DNA of 20,000 nucleotides from Catajapyx aquilonaris (lineage: Eukaryota): assembly GCA_000934665.2 (NCBI GenBank), contig KZ538938.1, positions 58,320 to 78,319 of the forward strand. The letters run 5' to 3'. The translations under genes and the position numbers were made by a program. The notes beneath the pieces are model-generated. The model did not search any database, was not told the DNA's origin, and saw only the letters and a program-made list of their open reading frames with translations. Every line of letters starts with the position of its first letter. Within the stretch, counting starts at the first letter, position 1. Below, one piece after another: positions 9,521-19,924 of the stretch.

Positions 9521-9639
9521 CCTGCTGTCCAACAAGAATTGTCGCAGCGGCAGCGCACGAACTACAGTCTCTCGTGTCCCTGTGCTCGTAGATTGTAGTT
9601 CGTGCGCTGCCACTGCGACAATTCTTGTTGGACTGATAG
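9521..9639. mobile_element. Small palindromic TA-flanked MITE in SRP9 intron 2
   Basis: Arms 9527-9570 and 9590-9633 (GTCCAACAAGAATTGTCGCAG...) are near-perfect reverse complements; TA at 9519-9520 and 9640-9641. Confidence 0.75.
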
Positions 9640-10014
9640 TACCCACTCTCGCTTCAGCTGTGGTTGCTGAGATGTGGTGCTGAGTTGTGGAGGGGGAATA
9701 ATTAGTTTTACAGTTACTCGAGTAGAATTTTACTGAACAGTAGTATTTCTTTCAAAGCAAGCCTGAAGCCATACAACAGCAGACATGACGCAGAAGCTTT
9801 ACTATCCACCCATGCATTATAGGCTAACAAAAAAAATTGATGCACACATGGCCATATACTGCCTGCCATCTTCTTGACCTCAGATTTTGCATAGTGCATG
9901 AGCAAAATTGTTACCAAGAGGAAACACTGGTTGTAGAATCCCAAATTTTGTTTTAATTCTTATCCAAGTTCTATTCATTGCACTTTGATTTACAATTTTT
10001 TTTTCTTTTAATAG

Positions 10015-10107
10015 TGCCTGCAGTACAAGACTGAAATCCAGCAAGACATGAAGAAGATTGAGAAGTACACCAATACCCTTATGAACCATATGGCACCCAA
10101 AAAATAA
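10015..10107 (+). CDS. SRP9: SRP9 coding exon 3
   Basis: Polypyrimidine tract, then ag|CLQYKTEIQQDMKKIEKYTNTLMNHMAPKK* (human [26 protein letters not shown]); total protein 77 aa. Confidence 0.95.
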   Translation, partial: CLQYKTEIQQDMKKIEKYTNTLMNHMAPKK

Positions 10108-10251
10108 AACTAGTTGCAGAGGTCTTTCATTATGTTTTATTCAGTATTTGCAGCATCTGCATCATTTGGACAGGCCCACAAAGTGCCGATGTTGCCTAGT
10201 GTTGCAACAAATTTGTGGTTCATAATTAAGGTTACATTATTCATACAAATA

Positions 10252-10393
10252 CAGTAGACTGGATGTGACAGGCTTCAAGGGACTGTGGAAATAAGTGTCC
10301 CAACCGAGGTCTGTTACAGCCAAATACACAGGTCATGTGTATGGACGTATGGTGGGACCAGCCTTTCGAGGCTGTTATATCTGGGGTCAACTG
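10252..10393. mobile_element. Tigger/pogo-like MITE, copy 1 (degenerate)
   Basis: TA-CAGTAGAC...GTCAACTG-TA termini; internal sequence matches 11816-11991 in opposite orientation. Confidence 0.7.
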
Positions 10394-10826
10394 TATAACC
10401 CCACTTTGAAATGTGGTACATGACGTACCCGTTTTATGCCAGTAATCGGTTCCAGCAACACAACGGCAGAAAGTGAGTGGGGTAAAACAAGAGATAATCA
10501 TCATGTAAGTGGATGAGATCATTGGGTTCCTTTCCCTTCTTTGGGAAGAACTGCAGTGCATGTAGAATATTGTAACAATGGGTACAGCAATTTCAGGAGG
10601 GCAAAGACCAATAATACAGTACTGTATACACTGTACTCCCAATTATCCAGGCCATGGTCTTAGAATAGTAAGGTCTGGTCACTCCCCTCTTATCGGCTTA
10701 ACCTGTTGAGGGCGACGACCATCACATGATGGTCTGCGGATGTTTGAATTTGGCGCGCTAAAATATGCACAGAGAATTCGAACTTTGCGGTTCCAAATTC
10801 GGTTCAATATACTTCTGGCATCTCTA

Positions 10827-11105
10827 GGGCGACACGGTGGCGGAGTGGTTAGCGCCGCAGCCTTCCACCTCTAAGGTCCCGAGTTCGATCCCCGGATCGG
10901 ACAGAGGATACTTCTTATGTGGATAGAGTTTCGATGGGTTCTCTCCGTGTTCGCGTGGGTTTTCGCGGGGTTCTCCCGTTTCCTCCCGCAATCAAAATCC
11001 ATCACAGCAAAGGCAATGATTAAAGACGGGTATTCAAAAGATGATCCCCTAAGATGCCCAAAGAGGCCTATCACGGGGTATCCATTATATTATTATTATT
11101 ATTAT
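10827..11105 (+). mobile_element. tRNA-derived V-SINE-like element, family B, full-length copy
   Basis: A box TGGCGGAGTGG, B box GAGTTCGATCCC, V-domain-like GTTCTCTCCGTGTTCGCGTGGGTTTT...GTTTCCTCCC, (ATT)n tail; TSD TATACT(T/C)CTGGCATCTCT at 10808-10825 and 11106-11123. Confidence 0.9.
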
Positions 11106-11244
11106 TATACTCCTGGCATCTCTTGGTTGTGACTAAACTACCATGACATCCCCCACAATGCAATGGGCGGGAACCAAGTCGAGTCGAACATGCCAAGGAC
11201 ACGAGGCTGCCCGTCATCTTTCATGTAAACAAACACCCTGAGTA

Positions 11245-11406
11245 CAGGGTGTCGCGTAAAGTTGGACCCTTGGAGTTTCTCATAGTAGTGTTGTGGTAAT
11301 ATTATGCAACCATAATAACAGTGTATAGTGACTATGTAAACTCGGTATGCCTATCGACGTTCTGAGAGCCAGACGATTCTTAAAAAATTATTTCTGGGAC
11401 ATCCTG
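11245..11406. mobile_element. Possible small Tc1/mariner MITE inside the piggyBac element
   Basis: TA-CAGGGTGTC ... GACATCCTG-TA; TIR short and imperfect. Confidence 0.4.
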
Positions 11407-11519
11407 TAAATTAATTTTTTCCATCATTTTACATTCAAAAGGACCACCACGAATTAAAATGATTAATTTTGGCGCGAAGTTGTTATTCATTAATATCACT
11501 TCTACATCTAAAAAAGAAG

Positions 11520-11521
11520 AA

Positions 11522-11603
<82 letters not shown>

Positions 11604-11609
11604 CAACAA
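11520..11609. repeat. Compound microsatellite (AAAT)n(AAT)n(AAC)n
   Basis: Direct reading; produces the spurious poly-Leu ORF 11508-11708. Confidence 0.97.
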
Positions 11610-11716
11610 AAAGAACCTAGCCCTCAACAAGTTAAGGGGCTTGATGGGGTGTTTTGCTGCAGGTGGCCGCGTCATAGCTCTTTTCAGGGCTTCACAGACT
11701 TGTGGCAACCCTACCT

Positions 11717-11763
11717 GACTGCTCTGAACTTAGGTAGAAGAAGCACCTAAGTTCAGAGCAGTC
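11717..11763. repeat. Perfect 19-bp inverted repeat with 9-nt loop
   Basis: GACTGCTCTGAACTTAGGT-AGAAGAAGC-ACCTAAGTTCAGAGCAGTC. Confidence 0.95.
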
Positions 11764-11815
11764 CATAAAATTGGGAGGTTTTGGACTTTTCCAAGGGGGT
11801 TCAGCTAATCAGTTA

Positions 11816-11991
11816 TGGTCAACTCGGGATTTAAGAGCCTCAGCTATAAGTGACCCTCAGTTATAGCAAACTCAATGGCTGGTTCCACCATACTTCCATA
11901 TATGGCCTGTATATTTGGCTATAACAGACCTTGGTTATAGCAGACTGATTTCCCATGGTCTCTTGAAGTATGTTATATCTGGAGTCAACTG
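11816..11991. mobile_element. Tigger/pogo-like MITE, copy 2
   Basis: Ends GTTATATCTGGAGTCAACTG-TA like copy 1; 11887-11991 aligns with the reverse complement of ~10252-10353. Confidence 0.7.
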
Positions 11992-12069
11992 TATAAGCAA
12001 TCCAATTTTTAGCTATGCAGCCAGGTAATGGGTTAGAAGTTTCTGAACAAACATACTTTGTGGATTATA

Positions 12070-12819
12070 CAGGGTGTTTCTAACAAGTGGGATATCCTGC
12101 TGCAGGAGTCATGTTGGCCAAAAACCAGCCTAAAACGAGGAAGCAACAGGTAACAACAGCCCCCCCACAACACCCTCTCTAGCCCTATGGTGACTATTGT
12201 TGAATATAAAAGTCTCCCCCAGCCTGGAATTTAGCGCTGGCGCGGCCCCACTTGGGTCTTGTGGTTCGGGTGGCTGACTGGTGATCTGCGAATGCCCTCC
12301 GGACCCAGCTGCAGTGGAAAGAATGGTCGGATTGGTCGGTCCTCCCGAACAACAAGATCCCTGTGGGGATGCGCCAGCGCCGTGGGCAGAGACTTCTATA
12401 TTACACTACCGTATCGTATGAGTTGCAGGGGGCTGGGTAAAAAGATTGATGACCAGACATATTTGCCTGCCCCTCTACAAAGGCAGCAACATATGTCACA
12501 CCTATTCATAGAGGGCAGATGGACCTGCAGTGGTATGGACATGATTGCTGATGGTATTTTCCAAGGTCATCTTATTCACAGCAATCTCTATTATACTCCC
12601 TAGGCATCCATGGCAGGTGCACTGGGCCCATCTGCCAGTTCTCCCTACAAAAAAGGTGTCATGTGTTTGTGTTACCTCTGTCTAGGGGCAGCAAAATATG
12701 TACCGTGATCTACCTCCTTCATGTTGGTTCCTTGGAAATTCTCACCCCTACATTTTAGAGTTGTACTGGGCCAATGAGAGCACTGGCAATGGTATGTCCC
12801 ACTAGTAGGAAACATCCTG
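12070..12819. mobile_element. Non-autonomous Tc1/mariner-type element (aged)
   Basis: TA-CAGGGTGTTTCTAACAAGTGGGATAT ... ATGTCCCACTAGTAGGAAACATCCTG-TA; imperfect ~26-bp TIRs; no recognisable transposase. Confidence 0.72.
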
Positions 12820-12848
12820 TATAGAGATGGTATCACGCAACAGCTACC

Positions 12849-13427
12849 CTACAGAACACAATTGATGTTGCTCAAAATCCCAGTGGGGCTTAGGGCTCTT
12901 CCTTTCCCCACAAGAATGCTCCTCCTTGACACCAACGTTGTCATCCTGCTCTCACTCCACTTCGTCTGAAATGGATCCAGTCGTCGCCTCTTCAGCTGAT
13001 TCACTGGCACTGGTCTGCTTCCAGCAAAGTTAAACTTGACCTCAAAGTAACGTGGACGCCTCAATGGAGGCCCTTCAAATGCACTTTTTATGTTCAGAAC
13101 AGGCTTTTTTGAGGGCAGCTTTCCCCCTACCACAGTGAATATGTCCCAGTTTCCCTTCTTCAAATGTTTGGGACAAACTGCCCCTGTTTTGGAGTCCTCA
13201 ACCCGCTTTGCACCACCTTGCTGATAGTTAGTGAGAAACACAAAAGGAAGTATACTGTCTCCAAACTGGGCCCAACAGAACTGGTAGAACTCAACAGGGT
13301 GGGCTCGAGGAGTTTTTGTCCAAAGCCCACCAATTTCCAGTTGGATCCCTGTCGGACGAAATGGCTCTCGAGTGGGTGGTGGGAACACATCCTTCATCTT
13401 GTGGTTCAGTGATAAGGCCATTGCACT
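12849..13427 (-). CDS. TAF6L: TAF6-like (SAGA subunit TAF6L) terminal coding exon
   Basis: acccacag|AGT, phase 0, open for 192 codons to TAG. Contains YQFCWAQFGDSIL (cf. human TAF6L ELYAFFGDSL) and FEVKFNFAG. In phase with the upstream HEAT exon. Confidence 0.72.
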   Translation of the reverse strand, partial: SAMALSLNHKMKDVFPPPTREPFRPTGIQLEIGGLWTKTPRAHPVEFYQFCWAQFGDSILPFVFLTNYQQGGAKRVEDSKTGAVCPKHLKKGNWDIFTVVGGKLPSKKPVLNIKSAFEGPPLRRPRYFEVKFNFAGSRPVPVNQLKRRRLDPFQTKWSESRMTTLVSRRSILVGKGRALSPTGILSNINCVL

Positions 13428-16400
13428 CTGTGGGTAAGTAAATGAATTTTTGACTGCATTCCTAATGAAATATGCTCCTCTAAAAAATGTCATGAAGTAA
13501 GGGATTGATTGGAATAAGGAAAGTGAGGTTCTAGATCAATTCAGTCGTGTTTTACCTGGTTCTAACTACCCAAGTGCACAACTTCTGCAGTTACCATGGT
13601 GGGAAAGGAACCAGCTCATTCCTCAGTAATCACCCAATTTTGATACCCTTCCATTTTAAAAAAAACCAACTATTTAAATATTTTTTGTAATTTTTTGTCC
13701 CTGGATCCCCTTTCATCATGTTTTATGGCAAGGGTACATTCAGAAAGTGAGCCAGTGAGCTGTAGCAGTAATGGTTATGGACCAAACTTGAATGACATCC
13801 TAGTTGCAAAGAGAAAAGAACTGGAAAACATTCTGAATGGGAACCCCTAGGCACCTTTAGGTCGAGCCACCATAAAGGGTGTGTGGGTGTCTGTGAATCA
13901 TGAGAATATGGGATAAAGGGTATGGTAAGTAGAATAAAAGTGAAAAATGGAGAAAAATAATGACTTGGAATGCTTGGCTTATTCATGTGTATTCCCCAAT
14001 ACCACTGAGAAACTGGTGCCACTGCTGGATCAAATGTCAAATTTACTTGCCGTTGACATTGCAGTGTGAGGAATCCTTCCATTACTCCGGCAGCAGTTTT
14101 ATGGCAAGAGTATGTCCAGATGTTTGGTCCAGCAGTGGAACAGATCTCACAATGTCATCTGGTGAGTACACTTTAGTAAACCATGCATTTCAAGCCATCT
14201 TTGCATCTCTTTTAACCCCTCTACCTCATATCCCTGTATGTCATCTGCCCTAAAAATGACAGTTCTATCTGAAGAGATTTGGGCGGGGGTTCCCTTTAGG
14301 AACATTTTTCAACTCTTCTGCACCTAGGATGTCAACCAACTTTGGTCCACTACCAGATCTTTAGCAAATTAATTTCTTAACAATGACTAGGTATTGCTGA
14401 CTGGCTCCCTTCATCGTAATTGATCTAATAGATACTGTAATGGGATGTTGACACAGCCACCTTTCTTCCCAAGCAAACTTCAGAAGTTGAAGAGAGTTGA
14501 ATTGAGCATCCAGAAGATTTTTACAGAAACTGACGTCAGCTCAAATCTGCAACACTCAGTATGTATGCTCCTACTCAGTTATAGCTCCAGTTTTATACAC
14601 TGCAAATGGAACAAACCCTTCCAGTTTTTGCTGCATTTTTACTAACAAATATTACTCGAAACAGGTTTAGTAAGGGAGATCAGGGTCGGTTTAACAGGGT
14701 AACGGTTGTAACATCGCCAATAATAAATATGTTTGGAAAGCCCCGAAGCTGAAACTTACACAGTACATGTGTCACTATGATTTCTAAGCCAGGCAAAACT
14801 TTGGATACTCCTTTTTTGTTTTTCTATATGAAAAAATCCAAATCACAGTATGTTCCCAACTTTTTTGAGTGGCAGTAATTAAGTGATTATGCTGGGGTAG
14901 AAGTCTTATTGAATTGCCCTTGGTATCATGAGAAAGGTTCCTTTAGTGGGGTCACACAGACGGTACGGATGACCAAATCTTGTGCACAGTCAAAAAGTAG
15001 TAAGCATATCTACAAGACAACACCAATGGGGACGGTTGTAACAACTTCCTTGAGGTCGGTTGCAACATGGTAAAATCATGAGATAAAGGTCCAGTCTGTG
15101 TACAGATGTTACAGCTCCATATCTCACAGGATATTGAGAGTATAAATAGTTATTGTTTGTGCAATAAAGCCTCTTATAGCCAGTTTGTCGAAAATTTCTA
15201 TGAATAAAAAATCAATTTTGTTGTAATACTTATCTGCTGAATAAATTCATATGTATCGAGAGATAAAGAGTAATCTAGGTGGATCGAGTAGGCAATAAGA
15301 CAATTGTCGAGAAGCTAAGTGGGTGTAAACTGTTCTTCCATATCAAGATGCACGGCAGTGCATCCCGCCAAGTCTAAGCCACTTCCACTTCCACCGCCAC
15401 TGACCCAGACCATTCGCCCCTTCCCTCCTTTACTCTTACGTCTCGCGCTGCCGTGCATCCTTTACTCGAGCTCACTTGCTCTCTACATTTCGGCATTTTC
15501 TAGTTCGGCACAGGGAAATGCTGCAAGGCTGAAATTTTAATACGACAATGGGGCACACCCAGGGACCCTACAAATAAATTGTCGGGAAATTTGGACCACT
15601 AGGTCCACGCCAGGAGAGGGCCCAAATTGGCCTTTTTTTGTCTGATTCATATAATACAGGGATGGCGAGAATCAAAAAGATTGGCCAGTTCCAGTTATCG
15701 TACAGATCCCAAATTTTGTACAAAAATTAGCCCTCCTCTGAAACCCCCAGGAAAAGTCTAAAGCCGTAAGTCGCCCATCTTGGGTCCAGACTGCAGCCAT
15801 TCAAACACGAAAAAAATTCAAAAAAAAAATGCAACAATGCCAATACATGATATATGGTCTCCATAGTACCAATGTATTGACATTTCTGCAAAGAGAATTC
15901 TAGAGGCTAAACGTGTCTTTCTCTCACTCTCTGTTCCAGTTGGCTTGGTTAACGGTGCAGTTGGGTCTGTACTCAGTGTTACATACCACCCCGATTAGCC
16001 ACAAAAAGTTAAATCCGCAAGAATTGAATTTCCTGGTAAAACCGATCAAGAGCAAATTTCAAATTATGGCAAACGCATTCATCCATAGGAAACAGTTCCC
16101 CTGAACAATAGCTTACGTCATCACGAGCCAGGGTTTGAGCTTAGACATTATGGGCATTAGCTCGTCACTTTTCTGTTGTGGTGAACCGTATGTGGCCTTG
16201 TCTCGAGTCAAAAAATTGAATGGAATTCTTCTAACCAACTTTGATCTCACTCAAGTTAAAGCTAACGATAAAGCCAGTGAACGGAATATAACAGACTAAG
16301 ACTTAAATTCAGGCCGGACCTTTGCAGTTTCCAATTCACTCGTTTTAAGAGGCTCGTCGTGGACAATACTCAAGGTGAATGCAGCGCCAATAGATTCTCG

Positions 16401-16525
16401 GGACAAGGACATTGGCCATACTCCGAGGCAGTTATTCTTGTTATATACACCCAACAATTGACGTTGCTTTCTTCGTGTCATTCTTTCATTCAACCTTGAT
16501 TCAACCTATCAAAAAGTAGTGAGAT

Positions 16526-17272
16526 CCTACTCAAAAACGCACTCGTAAAAAAAGCGCCAAGTCTTCCGCCGAAAAAAAAAAAAAAACCTGTGAGATGGTG
16601 TCTGGGTGCCAAGCCTTGTCCACTCCGCCGTACAAAGTCGTGAGATCGTGGCGGACGCCAAGCCTTTCTTCGAGGCTATAAGCTAAGTGAGATGACTTGG
16701 CCGGACTTGGTTCACGGGCACCAGGAACAATGCGATACATCGTTTAATACAATAGCAAGTAAACTTTAAACACTCATTGGTAGAGCGATTACCCAAAAGT
16801 GTGACATTCGAATGGAATATTTACTTTTAACTGTCAATGGTGGAGCAGTAACGTAACAACTCCACCTTCAAATTACAAATACAGTTCCTTGATTCATTAG
16901 AAGAATTATAAATATACTTGGACCTCTGATTCGTATCACAGGAACTACATAATGTCGCCTTCGAACCGCACATGATTACAATCGCGGTTAATTAGACTTG
17001 AAAGTCGTACAGCTAAAATTGGGAGAACAGTAACTAGACCAAATTCCAGCGAACTGAACGCATATATGGTTCCTCGTGCCCGTGAACCAAGTCCGGCCAA
17101 GTCATCTCACTTAGCTTATAGCCTCGAAGAAAGGCTTGGCGTCCGCCACGATCTCACGACTTTGTACGGCGGAGTGGACTTGCTTGGCACCCAGACACCA
17201 TCTCACAGGTTTTTTGTTTTTTTTTTCGGCGGAAGACTTGGCGCTTTTTTTACGAGTGCGTTTTTGAGTAGG
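16526..17272. mobile_element. MITE with ~203-bp TIRs, superfamily unassigned
   Basis: 16526-16728 and 17069-17272 are near-identical reverse complements; AT-rich 340-bp core; flanked by AT on both sides. Confidence 0.88.
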
Positions 17273-17337
17273 ATTACATTTTCCCCTCAAGACATAGTGT
17301 TACAATCGACCCCACCCTCGGTTACAACTGCCCCTAT

Positions 17338-17636
17338 GACCAAAGCAGTTTGGTGGAGTGGATAAGGTGTTCAACTGCTAATTGGGAGGTCCTGGGTTCG
17401 TGTCCCAGGGCCGGCAATCCTAACCATGGTTTTCTGTGGTTTCCCACGGTCCCCCCAGGAGAATTCTGGGATTGCTTCCTAAATAATAGGCCACAGCCGC
17501 TTCCTTCCGTCCCTATCCTATCCCAAAAAGCAAAGCAAAAATGAAAGCAAAGAGTTCCAGTCAAAACAAAATTTGGATGAACTCCCCCCCTAAAGAGCCG
17601 CCGGCTGATAACAGGGTATGAATTATTAGAATTATT
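17338..17636 (+). mobile_element. tRNA-derived SINE, family A, copy 2
   Basis: Aligns end to end with 749-1035 (reverse complement); TSD AACTGCCCCTATGA at 17326-17339 and 17637-17650. Confidence 0.92.
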
Positions 17637-17913
17637 AACTGCCCCTATGATGGGGTCGGTTGTAACACTCTGCCTTGCCTTGGAAAAAGATTTATAAATC
17701 TATTGATTTTTCATCTTCAGATTTTATTATGATAATTTCACAGAGGAATGGTGTCATATTACCACCATGTCATAAACCTTTGCCTAAATGCATATGTAAC
17801 TGAATTTAAAAATCCAGACTAAAAAGTGTTACAAACGACCCCGATCTCCCTTACTCTGGATTATCTCTGAATACGGCAATTTTAAAATTGAAGAGTGAAA
17901 GTGAAAGACTGAC

Positions 17914-18300
17914 CCTCATGGCAACATAGACGAGCTGCACCTGGTACCTCATTTGCTTGGTGGTTTCTTCTGCCCTGAGGACAGCGCTCAGGTACTCAAT
18001 AAAGGCAGGCAGGCAAGGATAAAGATAGTCTTCTACAGCTCTACCTCCAATAGCCTTGAGAGCAGTCAGGACCCCATGATACCACATCATGGTTTTGCTC
18101 CGGTCATTAATATATCCCTGAAGAGTCCTTAGAGTCTGCAAACGAAGCAGGCTGTCCTCAGGACTATTCCAGCGTTCCAGGATTTGCACCAGAGTACGAG
18201 CAGCGCAGTCCTGCACACTGCACTTCTCCGAGTAATGTTGAGCCCGATGGGACAATGGTTTCACCAGGCAAAACAGAACTGAAGACACAAGATGGTTCAA
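17914..18300 (-). CDS. TAF6L: TAF6L internal exon (TAF6 C-terminal HEAT-repeat region)
   Basis: cacttccag|LNHLVSSVLFCLVKPLS...QDCAARTLVQI...YHGVLTALKAIGGRAVEDYLYPCLPAFIEYLSAVL...VYVAMR|gtcagt. Resembles human TAF6L LVGSVLYCVLEPL and YGAVVGLHALGWKAVERVLYPHL. 129 codons, phase 0/0. Confidence 0.85.
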
Positions 18301-18567
18301 CTGGAAGTGCAACAACAGATACACATGACATCCAAGACAGCAAAATTAAGAAACAGTATCATGGTAGTAATAACATTTACAAGATGATGCAGGAATTAAG
18401 CATATGTGACATACACTCGTAACATTAAAATGTGTCATCCATTTCTGTATTGGAGTCTTCATCAATTGATAGAGACTGACATATCTCCATGATGGACATG
18501 TTGGTAGAGGTCATACCATCACAATAGTAACTAGTGTTGATAGGAAATTGTACATTTGTGAGCATAA

Positions 18568-18733
18568 TAATAATGAATACCCCGTGGTAGGCCTCCTTGG
18601 GCCTCTTAGGGGATCATCTTTTATTTAACCGACTTTAATCACTTCCTGCGCTCTGATGGATTTTGATTGTGGGAGGAAACGGGAGATCCCCGAGAAAACC
18701 CACGTGAACACGGAGAGAACCCACCGAAACTCT
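18568..18733 (-). mobile_element. V-SINE-like family B, 5'-truncated copy
   Basis: Reverse complement of ~10925-11095; perfect 15-bp TSD CATTTGTGAGCATAA (18553-18567, 18734-18748); lacks the tRNA head. Confidence 0.92.
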
Positions 18734-19924
18734 CATTTGTGAGCATAAGCCATGCAGGACCACTAGTATATCAGTTCTGGGAGAAATATGCTTAACATTT
18801 TGGACCTGTCTATTCCTTGCGAGGATATAATGGGATTCAGAACAGGCTTGGTGGGTATGTCTTGAGTGAGTAGTGATCATGGCTGTTCCTCACTTGCCTA
18901 CCTCCCACACAGGCAAAATAGTCTGATGTGATGTGATGTTGCATAATTTTACTACAGGCGTGAAGGTGACAGAAACCAAAATGCTACAAGTGTAAAGCAA
19001 CTACATAATTATTCTTGTATAACTATTACCATAATGCTACTATGTCAAGACTTCTGTGCTCTACCTTGTATGCCTATGACAGTATTAGAAGTTTTCGTAA
19101 TTTTATAATTATGCAATCTACCACTATCCCGACCTCAGCTATGGGTTAATTTATGAAATGATTTGTTAATGCAGGATTTATGAGTGAGTTTAGTTAAAAT
19201 AAACCTTCCTAAACAGGTGTCAATTTTTCATTTTCTGTATGCCTGTCCATACCTCACTTGCCCTCAGGGTCACCTACATGAGTGCCTCCCCCACCTAGAC
19301 AGGGTATTGTCTCTCCGCCATATTGGAACTAAATCAGATAGGAAAATTGCATAGGAAAAAAAAACAATTGAAAAAAACAAAAACGAATCGCTTGCCAATT
19401 CCTTAGACCATATATACCAGTAGACGCTCCCCTCCCGTTTACGAGCAAGCGCAGAAGTGAAACCTCCCACTCTGAGGGGGGATCACGTGACTTAGGGCAA
19501 AAGGGAGGCGGGAAGGCGAAATTAACATGGCGCCTTATGGGGATTCCGACTATCTTTGCGCCGTCACTGGCAGGCGCCTATTGGGACTAAAAATATGCAA
19601 TGCTTACCAAATGATAGCTCCACCCATGCCCCGTCTCATGCCGTACATCTCCATCCGAGACGTTGAGCGGGGAAGGACATAAAAAATCCTACACTTTGTC
19701 ATTGTTTGACGCCGGAAGTGCAGTTTGTGTCACTACATTACTCAAACAACCACATTAAAATGATCCAAATTTTAATATGTTGTACAGACAATCTTCCTCT
19801 GCATATTTAACCAACTCCAGGCCGATTATAGAGGTTCATTTAATTATTCGAAAATAAAAAAGTGATATCGGAACTTAGGGCAGCTTCAGCTAGGTACTGA
19901 TTGATCAAAGTCTGTGCAAAACCT

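Larger units (their letters stand above)
10702..11631. mobile_element. piggyBac-type non-autonomous element
   Basis: TTAA|CCTGTTGAGGGC ... GCCCTCAACAAG|TTAA (12-bp TIR, 1 mismatch, TTAA on both sides); contains a nested SINE and a microsatellite. Confidence 0.78.
14673..17851. mobile_element. Non-autonomous TA-flanked DNA transposon (Tc1/mariner-pogo type) with nested insertions, in TAF6L intron
   Basis: TIRs AGGGAGATC(A/G)GGGTCG.TT..AACA at both ends, flanked by TA; reconstructed target AGTACT; motif GGTCGGTTGTAACA recurs internally (~14703, 15030, 15054, 15977, 17298, 17652). Confidence 0.8.

Noticed and set aside
11508..11708. ORF with long hydrophobic Leu/Ile/Phe run
   Set aside because: Translation of the AAT/AAAT microsatellite.
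15560..16103. Possible hAT element CAGGGAC...CCCCTG
   Set aside because: TIR match only ~5 bp and no 8-bp TSD; boundaries unsupported.
18767..18995. Further + strand exon-like pieces (YISSGRNMLNILDLS... and VKVTETKMLQV*)
   Set aside because: First acceptor has no pyrimidine tract and there is no recognisable homology; too likely to be chance.
19294..19321. ATG GCG GAG AGA (MAER...) on - strand as TAF6L start
   Set aside because: Stops after 8 codons and has no histone-fold sequence.
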